Shown here piece after piece: positions 11,098-20,476 of a stretch of DNA of 23,036 bases (its first letter is position 1; each line of letters starts with the position of its first letter). Source of the DNA: Vitrella brassicaformis CCMP3155. Its lineage: Eukaryota > Protista > Chromerida. Location: contig CDMY01000764.1 of assembly GCA_001179505.1 (NCBI GenBank), positions 1-23,036 on the forward strand. The letters are read 5' to 3'. Under the pieces are notes generated by a model, which searched no databases, was not told the origin of the DNA, and was given only the letters and a program-made list of their open reading frames with translations. The position numbers and the translations under genes were made by a program.

Positions 11098-12061
11098 TGC
11101 GTGTGTCATTTCTATGTAGTTCACAGGACAGGTGCCTGACGGGCTGGGAGATTGCAGGGACTTGGTGTCTTTCACCGCCGCGCACAAACAAGTCTGCCAA
11201 CAGACGCAGAATGAAATGGATGACTATTCATAGATGCCTTTTTGTTGCAGCTATCAGGGCCGCTCCCCGCGTCGCTTGGCAATGCGTTGAATCTAGCTGG
11301 AATCAGTCTCTGCTGCCAAGGGGGGACGAATGGAGGCTTCTAGGGCAGCCTTCCTGCTGAGTGGGGCTCGCTCCCAAAGCTCGAAGTTCTCAATTTAAAA
11401 GGAAACAACCTGACTGGCGCCATCCCTGAGCAGTGGGGTAACTTATCGTCATTGCAGTGGTTGGACTTGGGCAAAAATCGGCTCTCGGGGCCCTTAAATG
11501 TCGTCGGCACTCTTCGGAATCTCAAAGGATTAGACACTAACAAGAACCGGGTCCGGTCGGTGACTTCACGCACCCATTGCCACTCTTCTCTGCCGGCCGT
11601 TCTCTCTGTGTGTGTGTGTGTGTGTGTCATTTCGATGTAGCTCACAGGACATGCCTGGAGGCCTGGGGGAGTGCAAGGACTTGATGAGCTTCGACGCTGC
11701 GCCAGTGAAGAGACGCAGAAGGGAATGGATGACTATTCCAAGATGCAAGATGTTTGTTGCAGCTCTCGGGGCCGCTCCCCGCAGCGCTTGGCAACGCGAT
11801 GAATCTAGAAAACATCGATCTCTGCGGCCAAGGAGGGACAAATGGAGGCTTTCAGGGCAGCCTTCCGGCGGAATGGGGCTCACTCACAAAGCTGGAGTCT
11901 CTCATTTTGAAAGAAAACAATCTCACGGGTACCATCCCTGAGCAGTGGGGTAACTTATCTTCATTGCAGTGGCTGGATTTGGGAGGCAATCGGCTCTCGG
12001 GCACCCTGAATGCTATTGCCTGGCTCCAAAATCTCAAGGAATTAGGTCTTGCAAACAATAA
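10950..12061 (+). repeat. Tandem duplication of an intron-containing LRR module (period about 553 bp)
   Basis: GTCGGCACTCTTCGGAATCTCAA occurs at 10950 and 11503. Introns starting GTCCGGTCGGTGA at 10998 and 11551 and ending TGTAG at 11119 and 11640 are homologous. The second introns both contain GGATGACTATTC and end GTTGCAG (11250, 11762). Confidence 0.93.
11051..11106. repeat. Compound (CT)n(GT)n intronic microsatellite
   Basis: Read directly. The duplicate intron (about 11603-11628) has shorter tracts. Confidence 0.9.
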
Positions 12062-13334
12062 GTAAGAGCCCTGCTATCGTGAAGCGAGACATGTCATATG
12101 TGTTATGCAGATTCACAGCTCTAGCGCCTTTGTTTGAAAAATGGACAAAACAGCTAGGGCTTAACATGAGCAGCAACTCACTAAGGGGGATGCTGCCTTC
12201 TTTAAAGCCACTCGTGTCACTCAGAAGACTCGACCTCAGCTTCAATCGCATTAGACGTCCAACTGGAAACGGCTCTCTTCCCGAAACGTAAGATACACAT
12301 TGTGGGAGAGATTGTTTTTCACGACTCGTTCAGGCTGGAAGAGCTTCATCTTTGCAACAATTCTCTTCGCTCCATTCCAGTCGCATGGTCTCGTCTGCCT
12401 GCTATGAAGCAGATAGATTTGAGAGGCAACAGTACTGATTCACGCAGCTGGCCGATACGATTCCAGACACCAAAAGGATACTGTGACAACTACCGCAAAT
12501 GTAGGCAAGTAAGGTGCATATTATCTGAATTTGTGCTCTGTGTGCTGCTAGTGACGTATTTTGAAGTTGAAGCAATACTATCCGCACCGGATCCTCTCTT
12601 TTGTATCATATGGATGTGCGCAAATTGTGTCATCAGACTCTTTTTCATGTTTTCTTCAGGGCCTCTTGTGCATACACTGAATTTCTCTGACAACCCCCTA
12701 CAAATCGAGATTACTCACTTTCTACAGCCATTTCGGGCGTTACCGAGGCGAGTAGGAGAGACACTGGATCTATGAATTGAGTGCGTGATTGTGTGTGTGT
12801 GTGTGTGTGTGTACAGTCTGACGTATCTCAGCTGCGAGAAGTGTATGTTGTTTGGCGCCATAACTGATGACGCTCTCTGTCATTTCGCGATAGAGGAGCT
12901 AGAAAAGTGGCTTAGCAAGCCTTCTGAGGTACGCTATTATCACGAGGCAATGTTTTCTACGTCATTTCTTACTATCTTCGGCGCCTGCAGGAGCGCAATG
13001 GTGTTTATCCAAGCGACAGTTTTGCGGGTTCTCTCAAAAGGCGGCACTTTGGAACTTAGTTCCAACAATATCTCGATGGTCTCGATGGTCTCGATTCGTC
13101 GTCTAGCTTTCAAGGATAACCATATGGGTGGATTTCGAGCCCTTCGAGGCTCGCTGCTGCTGTGTCGTTACGGAACAACACCCTGGAGAAGTTTGAGATG
13201 TCGGTTCCCCACGATGAATGGCCGAGAAAGTTAGACTTACAGTTCAATCCTCTTTTGAAGCTATATATTAATGCGGTTGGAATCACGTAACGCTTGGCAG
13301 GGGAGAAGGCAGAACGATAAAGAATCCGGCCACC

Positions 13335-15083
13335 ATGATGTCTGGGCTCGGACAGAAGCATTCAGAGGTCAGCAAGCATGGAATTGATCCATCGGCAGCC
13401 TCACCGGAAGCCGCGCCACACGTGTTTTCCCTCTGTTGTTTGTGGTCATGGCCTGCAGATCAGTTGCCTGATGTACCGCCTGTCCGCGCTGGATCCATCA
13501 GCACTCTCATCGCATGTATCTTTAGAGGACACAGGGCACGCTCCCTCTGGTGTGCGTGTGTGTGTGTATGTGTGTGTTATGCATGCAGGATTGTTCGCTT
13601 CACGTGATAGCTGCATTGCAGCAGTACGCCAAGCTGAAGGCCACCCTCAAGGCCTTCGTCCAGTCGGCCACCTTCCCTCGGCCGCGCACTGACGCATCGG
13701 TCAGTGCAATGCAATCATGGACGAATGTCTGTGTCACCAATCGCGTGTCTGTTGTGTGTTCGTTTGCCTTGGTCAGGCCAAGTTGGAGGACCTCTCGGCC
13801 GACGCCGTGGCTTGTTTGCAGACATCCACATACCTGCCGGGCGTCGGCCGCCTCAGGACGACCGCGCGACTGATCAAGAGCCACATCCGAGATGCCCTCC
13901 GCAGCCGGCTGACCGACGGGCCGTGGTGCGGTTCGCTCCTCAGCTGGGCGACGGCGGTGTGATGGAGGCCCTGTGGCTGATGGAGGAGGGGGGCGGCTGG
14001 GGGGAGGTGGGGAACGGGCTGCGACTGGCGGGACAGCTGGGGTACTGTCAGCTGCCCATCCCCATCGACGCCGGAGACCTGCAGAAGCACAACACAAAGA
14101 TGGTGAGCACCTCAGACAAGAGGGGGAGAATAGGGTGCATCGTCTGCCATGTGTCTGCGCGTGGGCTGTATGCAGGCCTACTTGTCGATGCCCCGTGTGC
14201 CAGCCCAGTGGATGACTGTCGGTCGCCATGTTGTCTTCCGTCGCGCTGATGGTCCAGGACGGCACCTTCGAGCTGTTCTGCGATCCCAGCACCAGTGAGA
14301 TCCGCGCCATCCGCGACGAGCCCGAGTTCGCCCTCACCCTCAACCCGCCCCTCCCCACCTATCAGGTGCATCCCCTGCAGCAGCACCCCTTCCAGCAGCA
14401 CATGAAGCACGACGACCCACCCGTCCGGTCGAGCGTCTATTATGACGCCGAGGAGGACGGGGAGTGGGTGGCAGGCGGGGATGACTTCATCTCCGCATCG
14501 GTGAGCGCCTTCATCGTGGATGCCATCACCTCCCACTACTACGTCAGTGGTAGCGTCCAGTTCCACACCACGGAGATGGATATCTATCGGTACATCATGT
14601 GGCGGAACGTGACGTAGCAGTGGAGTGTTCTCCGTCCTTGTATGTATGTGTGCATGTGTGTATGTAGTGGGGCGAGGGGTGGTGATTTGGACGGGCTGCG
14701 TACGCGGTCGCCCCACACATCGCTGGAGGGATGCGCAGCCGTCGTGACGGAGGAGTGGGCCGACGGGGCTGCATATCAGTGCCATCTGCTGACGGCATTC
14801 GACGACCTTTTTATCGCATTTCTCGTTTTCAGAGTCGAGCTTGACGACCGTCAGACCGGTGAGCGGAGGGAGGGTAAGGGCAAAGCAAACGACGTCTCGT
14901 GCAAGCAGGCCCTGTGGTCTCCGTCTGTGTCCTGTGGCAGTGACTGTCGGTCTGTCGACGACAGAGCAGCCGGTGGGTGATGCAGGTGATCCGTTCTCGG
15001 TCAGATACCGGCGCTCGGCAGCCAAGGCCCGGCGGTCACTCGGCCTCTTCGCACTCATCTTCCTCGATGGACAGACGCCATAG
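13335..15083 (+). pseudogene. Member of a chromerid (Vitrella-type) expanded hypothetical-protein family, frameshifted
   Basis: Kozak-like GCCACCATG at 13335. Phase-0 exons 13335-13367, 13459-13515, 13622-13699 and 13777-14102, then further exons to TAG 15081-15083. Motifs VVRFAPQLGDGGVMEALWLMEEGGGWGE..LAGQLGYCQLP, QWMTVGRHVVFRRADG, IRAIRDEPEF, DPPVRS and STTEQPVG resemble, from memory, a large Vitrella-specific family (no search run). Frame changes near 13915 and near 14255. Confidence 0.7.
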
Positions 15084-15729
15084 ATGAAAGATGACAGCAC
15101 ACGGTGGGGGGGTCCTGAAAGGGATGATACGCCCCGTTGGCAGAGGGCTTTCTGTCTTCCGTCTGCATGTGTTTAGGTTGGCTGTCTGGCTGTCTGGCTG
15201 GCTGGGACGTGCGCAAGACCACCAGTAGATGAATCAATGGGGCAGTGGTTGGACACGTGTATGTGCGGTTTATACGGACAGATGCCTTCATATTGTCTAT
15301 CCTTAATGTCCATCGGACTGCGGATGTCGTTGGACGCATTCATTGACGCAGGTGTGACTGTGAATGTGCGTATGTACATTGTGTCTGCAGCCCACTCTGT
15401 GTGTTGACGACAGACCCATCGCCGTCCATGTATGGCTTTTACAAATGAGAAACATACCGTCTCACGCGTCTGTCTGGAATCTGAACAGTCATGTAGCCAC
15501 CTTTCATGCAGCTCGTCCACCAACCCACCCAGTGACACACATGCATATTATCTGCATGGGCTGCCTGCATGGGCCTCCGCCAGCACTTCATCAGTCCTCA
15601 TTGACAGAGTTCGCCGGAGGGATGGTTAAGGCGGCCGTCGGTTTGCGGGACCGACAAGAAATCCCGCCTGCAGTACACACACAGAGCGGACGATGCATTC
15701 CTGGACCGGTAGGTGTGTGTGGGTAGTGC

Positions 15730-16651
15730 ATGAGTACCAGCAGGCCGCCCACGAGACCGCCGAGATGACCACAGATGTGGACGCGTGTGGACGCGTAGGT
15801 ATCATGGCTGGTGTGGTACGGATGCTCACCTCAGCTCACCCACAGAGGAAAATGAAGCCCACAGACCTGCCGATTTCAAGCAACACCTCATCAGGTCTGC
15901 ACAACACATGATGGATGTAGGCAAGCAGGCAGGCAGGCAGGCAGGCAGAAGCAAAAGATAGATACGTATGATGGGCAACGGTCAGCATACGTCAGAGCAA
16001 CCCATGTATATTATGCGCACCCACGGCTGGCACGCCTACTTGGTGCGATATTTGTGTCGAAGCCGCAGCGTGTGGGCGGCGAGGGCAAACCGAAAATCGA
16101 CCCAAACGCACCCAAATCCGGAATGGACGCCCTCTCTGATAAAGGAGGAGGCTCTTCACCGGGACCACCAACAACGCCTTTTCCCCTGGTCGACCGAGCA
16201 ATCGCTGACAGCAGCCCCTTGACGCCGACGCTCCGAGAAGCTGAACAGCTTGCCTGTCACCCCTGCAGACAGGTAGATGAGCCAGAACCTCCATGGGCCG
16301 TACCACCCCTTGACGACCCCGCCTATATTGCAGAGCGCGACGCTGTTGAGCAGCAGGTGGAACACGCCGGCGTGGAGGAACATGGGGGTGAAGAGCCGGT
16401 GCCACTCGCCCGCCATGATCTTGGTGTCAAGCTTCCAGCCCACCTCGTTGAGAGCGTCCTCCCACTTGAAATTGAGCCACAGCAACACCCAGTTGAGCAC
16501 TAACAATGAGCTGGTCGGTTTCTCCAACAGCCAACAAAGCCCCCGCCCCAGAAACCAGGGCGAAAGCACCACAAGGCCCACACTAAGCCCAAGAATGATC
16601 CCAGGAGGGTATCCTCGGCGGCCTCACCGCCCTCTATCAACTCTGATCGCC
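15730..16651 (-). pseudogene. Rhomboid intramembrane protease, RBL10-like (plastid-type), catalytically dead and frameshifted
   Basis: GEWHRLFTPMFLHAGVFHLLLNSVAL..YGPWRFWLIYLSAG (ORF 16156-16581). After a probable intron (16229-16136) comes LGAFGSIFGL, the GASG motif with Ser replaced by Phe (codon 16104-16106). A -1 shift near 16085 leads to ALAAHTLRLRHK (RHK motif as in RBL10). The next exon encodes PDEVLLEIGRSVGF, and the TM6 motif ICGHLGGLVGG lies at about 15745-15776 (His codon 15765-15767). Confidence 0.85.
15922..15948. repeat. (GCAG)n microsatellite within a rhomboid intron
   Basis: Read directly: GCAAGCAGGCAGGCAGGCAGGCAGGCAG. Confidence 0.9.
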
Positions 16652-16751
16652 CTGTAAGCGTCACATCTCCCTCCCGCTCAGCATCGACTGCATCAGTGTC
16701 AGCGGACAAGTCATGCTTTGGAGGGATCGGCGGCTCGCCCAGAGAGGCCGA

Positions 16752-16793
16752 GAGGCTCGGACAGACAGGCACCTTGCAGCCAGAGGTAGGGTT
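16752..16793 (-). repeat. 42-bp inverted copy of the FAAL exon/intron junction at 21443-21484
   Basis: Reverse complement AACCCTACCTCTGGCTGCAAGGTGCCTGTCTGTCCGAGCCTC versus AACCCTACCTCTGGCTGCAAGGTGCCTGTCTGCCCGAGTCTC: 40/42 identical, with no homology beyond the patch. Confidence 0.95.
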
Positions 16794-17665
16794 GGTCAGT
16801 CGTTGCGGCCGTCACGATGGCCAGAGAGGCTCACCCAGGGCGGGCCGAACAGCCCTGCCTTTTGGGGCATCAAACGATGGAGTGGCTCTGGCGATAAAGA
16901 GAGGCAGGATGCTGCCCCTCACACACACAGACACATGCACATGCATCATTGCCTGACCATATGTGGCGAGAAATGGTCTTACGCGGCCTGCTCACCTTTG
17001 CACATGGGCGCTTTGCAAAGTCATCGATGCGATGGTGTTACCGCCTCCATCAGCACCAGCATGCTGCCCAGAAGCAGCCAGTTCGGGTCCAGTCTGAGGG
17101 AGATCTTCAATGAGATATCTTCAATGAGTTTCAAGGACGAAGTCAGTCCAGCGACGAATCAGGCAGTCAGTCTGCAAACCGTCTGCCGTGGACAACCCTT
17201 TCCTTCTTCTGAGATGATTCTGAGATCGCATCTTGTCTGAGCTCGCAAAGATCTTTCTCGCGAAAATGGCACTGATGCCGTCCATCAGGCAGCGCTGGCA
17301 CTCCGCGGAGAGGGCTGCGTCACCACTTTCTGCCATGCATCCGCCGAGGAGGCGCCTCCAGACCGATGCCTCTGATCTTGCGTTCCCTCCCCTTCGGCTG
17401 CTTGTCCCATCTCTGCTGCTCATCCTTTCCGCAGCCGCCGCCTTCCATGCACCCCTGCACCAGCCACCCCGACTTATCGATCGCAGATGGAATACGCCGG
17501 TCTCTCTCCTCTCTCTGAAGATTCCGAGTAAGGGGCACCCACTGCGTGGGCACCCCAGGCCGCGAATTGGGCGAGGGTCGAAAGCAGCGTGCGAAGCGGT
17601 GGTTCAATTATGCGTCACAGAGACGTGCACAGCACGAGTGTTGGCGAGAAGCACACCGACGCATG

Positions 17666-17729
17666 CAACAATGGCGAGAGTTTCAAAAACATGCAGACAA
17701 CAGTGGCGGGAGCTTCAAAAACATGCAGA
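17666..17729 (+). repeat. 32-nt tandem duplication
   Basis: CAACAATGGCGAGAGTTTCAAAAACATGCAGA followed by CAACAGTGGCGGGAGCTTCAAAAACATGCAGA. The peptide QQWRE(F/L)QKHAD appears in two different frames. Confidence 0.9.
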
Positions 17730-18142
17730 TCTCGAAGACAGACATGGCGATAACATGCAGGTACTCAAGAGGGCTGCACTAAGAACACAAGACACCCCCC
17801 ATGTTGCCGCTCCTGCTGCGCCCGTGTTGAAGACGCGCTTCGCCAAGCATATCAATGCATCGCTGGATGCAATTGGATGCCAACCTATCGATATCCAGCG
17901 ATGATATCAATAGACATTATCAATCTAGCGCGCCTGTTGAAGGGGCTGTTGAAGACTGCCTTCGATGACTATCAATCGGCTTGTCAATCAAATGGGAACC
18001 GCCAGGATCAGCCCAACGATGAACTGCACCAGCAACGCAACAAGGTAAATGAAATCGGCCCCAGCCGCGGCACGTCAGATGAAGTAAGCGTTCTGAGTAG
18101 CTTGTCTTCGAGTCGAATCTCTTCACACACGGTGGTCACTCG

Positions 18143-18732
18143 ATGGATGCTGCCAGTCTCACTCGACTGCTGGCGCAGCCGGCGTCCGCATTCAAGCCGC
18201 CTGAGACGGTCGACGACAGGACGTTCTCTGTTCACTGGGCGAGCCGTTCCAAATTGAACGAAGAGCAGATGCGGGCGTTCCAAATCATCTGCACCCACTT
18301 GCTGAACTACAAAGACCTGAGGGACAATAAATACATCGCGCCATTGCGCATGTGCCTGACCGGCGAGGGCGGCAGCGCAAGACCGTCATGAAAGCCGTGA
18401 AGGCTTGTTCTGCTGAACTGCAATGCAGACACTGGCTGTGTCTGGCGGCACTTACCGGTGTGGCTGCAGATAACACCGAAGGCTCGACAGTCGATTCGCT
18501 CTTGCACCTCTTCGATGACTTCGAGAGTGGCGAGAAGAGGCTGCGGCGCCAAGCGGGGAAGCAGCAGACAATCGATGGTGACCGCATTTGCACAGAGGAG
18601 TCTTGCAAGCATATCCACTACACGATAGTCGGCGAGATCTCTTTCGTTAACCGCCAGAAGCTCGACAAAGTCGATGCGGCACTGAGGGACCTGCGAAAGG
18701 GCACCCAAGAAGGACCAAGCTCAACCAGCTGA
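18143..18732 (+). mobile_element. Degenerate PIF1-family (SF1B) helicase fragment of Helitron-like type; N-terminal motifs only
   Basis: LNEEQMRAFQIICTHLL..PLRMCLTGEGGS, then a 1-nt deletion at about 18377, then KTVMKAVKA (Walker A GxGGSGKT). Motif Ia LAALTGVAADNTEGSTVDSLLHL. Walker B IVGEISFV (DE changed to GE, 18631-18636), followed by LDKVDAALRDLRK. Stop at 18730-18732, before the FGG..GDFxQLPPV motif III. The Helitron assignment is inferred from the LNEEQ..RAF..LRMxLxGxGG signature. No Rep/HUH domain is seen. Confidence 0.8.
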
Positions 18733-19207
18733 ATGACCGGACAAAGGAGAAACATCGCATCCACCACAAGCTGGCGCGTTTCGTGTGTTCGGTCAGTTGA
18801 TGCATTTTTTAAGAAATTCGCGCCCAGAGATACCCTTGTTTGTTGACTTTCTCCGGTGCAAGCGCGATCTTTTTCAAGCAGCAGCGGTTTCAGGCAGCAC
18901 CTGACGGCAAGCAATTTTCAACCACTTGCCGCTTTAGGGTGCATCAGTTTACGTTCACTGATCCAAACGTGACAAAAAGCACGAAGCTTCTCGACATATT
19001 GACGTGTCTGTAGTAGTGCAAGCAAGACAACACCGCTACCGATTTTCTTTTTCTCTTCCTTACGATCGTGATCGAACGTTTTGTCTGACCGGACGCGTTG
19101 TTTCATAAAGACGCAAATTGGCACTAGCCCAATTCGCGGACCGCATCGGCCCGCTGCTGCGTTGTGGTCGCGTTGTGTCTGGAAGCAGCCCCTGAGCTCG
19201 CACTGGA

Positions 19208-19564
19208 CTTTTCTGTAGCTGATTCCGATGCGGTTCTGCTTGGACACGTCAAGACGTCATTGCCGTCACGTTGCGTGTGCTCCAGCAGATCTCGAGGTGG
19301 CTCTTCCGATCTCAAGCACGCTCCCAACCATCATTCACGAGGCAGTCAGAGTCAGCGCATCAGTGAGTAAAGCCAATGGGTGCGGTGAGCGCTTCTACGG
19401 AAGGGAATCTCTCCCAACCAACCTCACTGACTCGCCTTGCTTCAGTGTGTCAAGCTACATAGCTTGAAAGCGAACAGAGAACAAACGGCTAGTAACAAAC
19501 CCTGATCGGACGGTTCTTGCCCACTCGGCGAGCCACAGCAAAAACGTCAGGCCCAGTTGCATTC
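19208..19564 (+). repeat. Direct repeat copy 1 (357 bp)
   Basis: Aligns to 20116-20471 with about 12 differences. Confidence 0.97.
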
Positions 19565-19761
19565 ACGCACACAGCAAGCAAGCAAAGATCAGAGAGATAG
19601 TGAGTCGATGCTAGCCGACAAGACAATCAGGCACATGTTATTCCCCAGAAGGGTGCCTTATGTCTGCCTTCTCAACACCAACACACAACCTCTCCCATCC
19701 CCATTCATTCACTGTGATGCACAAACATAGTCAGCTACCATGTCGTGTAAGCACAGACAAG

Positions 19762-19841
19762 CTCCTCTTCTCGTTTCTGCTTCTCCACTCCACTCCTCTT
19801 CTCGTCTCTGCATCTTCTCCAATCCTCTTCTCGTCTCTGCT
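19762..19841 (+). repeat. Three copies of TCCTCTTCTCGT(T/C)TCTGC, period about 30 bp
   Basis: Copies start at about 19763, 19794 and 19823. Confidence 0.85.
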
Positions 19842-19932
19842 TGTTCGGTCCTGACGTGCTGGTCACTCTCTGTTGTCTCGAGCTGCTCCTTGTCGTGCCC
19901 ATCCCGACGCAGCAATGCAGGAAGGTAGAGGG

Positions 19933-20093
19933 AAGGGGAAAGAGTAAGCATGTGTCGAACAGCTCGTCGTCGTCAGCACGTCCACATCACCAGGTCGTCG
20001 TCCATCATGCCTACCATCTCCGCTCTTCACCGTCACAGATGCATGAGAGGCACCACCGCGGCGCCTCCCTCCTCAACTCGGACCCCGACACTG
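19933..20093 (+). repeat. Dispersed ~161-bp repeat, inverted copy of 4290-4452
   Basis: See 4290-4452. Confidence 0.95.
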
Positions 20094-20115
20094 AAGCGGT
20101 ATAAGCCGAGTGCAG

Positions 20116-20471
20116 CTTTTCTGTAGCTGATTCCGATGCGGTTCTGCTTGGACACGTCAAGACGTCATTGCCGTCACGTTGCGTGTGCTCCAGCAGATCT
20201 CGAGGTGGCTCTTCCGATCTCAAGCACGCTCCCAACCATCATTCACGGGGCAGTCAGAGTCAGCGCATCAGTGAGTAAAGCCAATGGGCGCGGTGAGCGC
20301 TTCTACGGAAGGGAATCTCTCCCAACCAACCTCACTGACTCGCCTTGCTTCAGTGTGTCAAGCTGAATAGCTTGGAAGCGAACAGGAAAAAACGGCTAGC
20401 AGCAAACCCTGATCGGACGCTTCTTGCCCACTGGGCGAGCCACAGCAAAAACGTCAGGCCCAGTTGCATTC
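20116..20471 (+). repeat. Direct repeat copy 2 (356 bp), ending 5 nt before the FAAL start codon; probable promoter/5'-UTR
   Basis: Aligns to 19208-19564. Immediately precedes ATG 20477 and contains CCAAT at 20281-20285. The regulatory role is inferred from position only. Confidence 0.9.
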
Positions 20472-20476
20472 GTGGC

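Larger units (their letters stand above)
10819..13286 (+). pseudogene. Leucine-rich-repeat protein with plant-specific-type 24-aa repeats (LxxLxLxxNxLSGxIPxxWG), disrupted and apparently 3'-truncated
   Basis: Exons include 10937-10997, 11120-11191, 11251-11550, 11641-~11703, 11763-12061, 12111-12287 and 12334-12500, with further exons to 13286. Peptides include LESLILKENNLTGTIPEQWGNLSSLQWLDLGGNRLSG and LRRLDLSFNRI. Nonsense TAG at 11341-11343, where the duplicate copy has CAG. A ~2-nt deletion near 11650 shifts the frame. Confidence 0.9.

Noticed and set aside
11341-11343. Stop-codon reassignment (TAG read as Gln, since the duplicate has CAG)
   Set aside because: Interruptions involve TAG, TAA and TGA as well as frameshifts, and TAG is the apparent true terminator at 7696, 10631 and 15081. 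A simple C-to-T nonsense mutation explains it.
19214-20468. Intact LTR retrotransposon or TRIM
   Set aside because: No primer-binding site, polypurine tract or target-site duplication in either orientation. Homology extends beyond the TG/CA ends and there is no gag/pol. Retained only as a direct-repeat finding.
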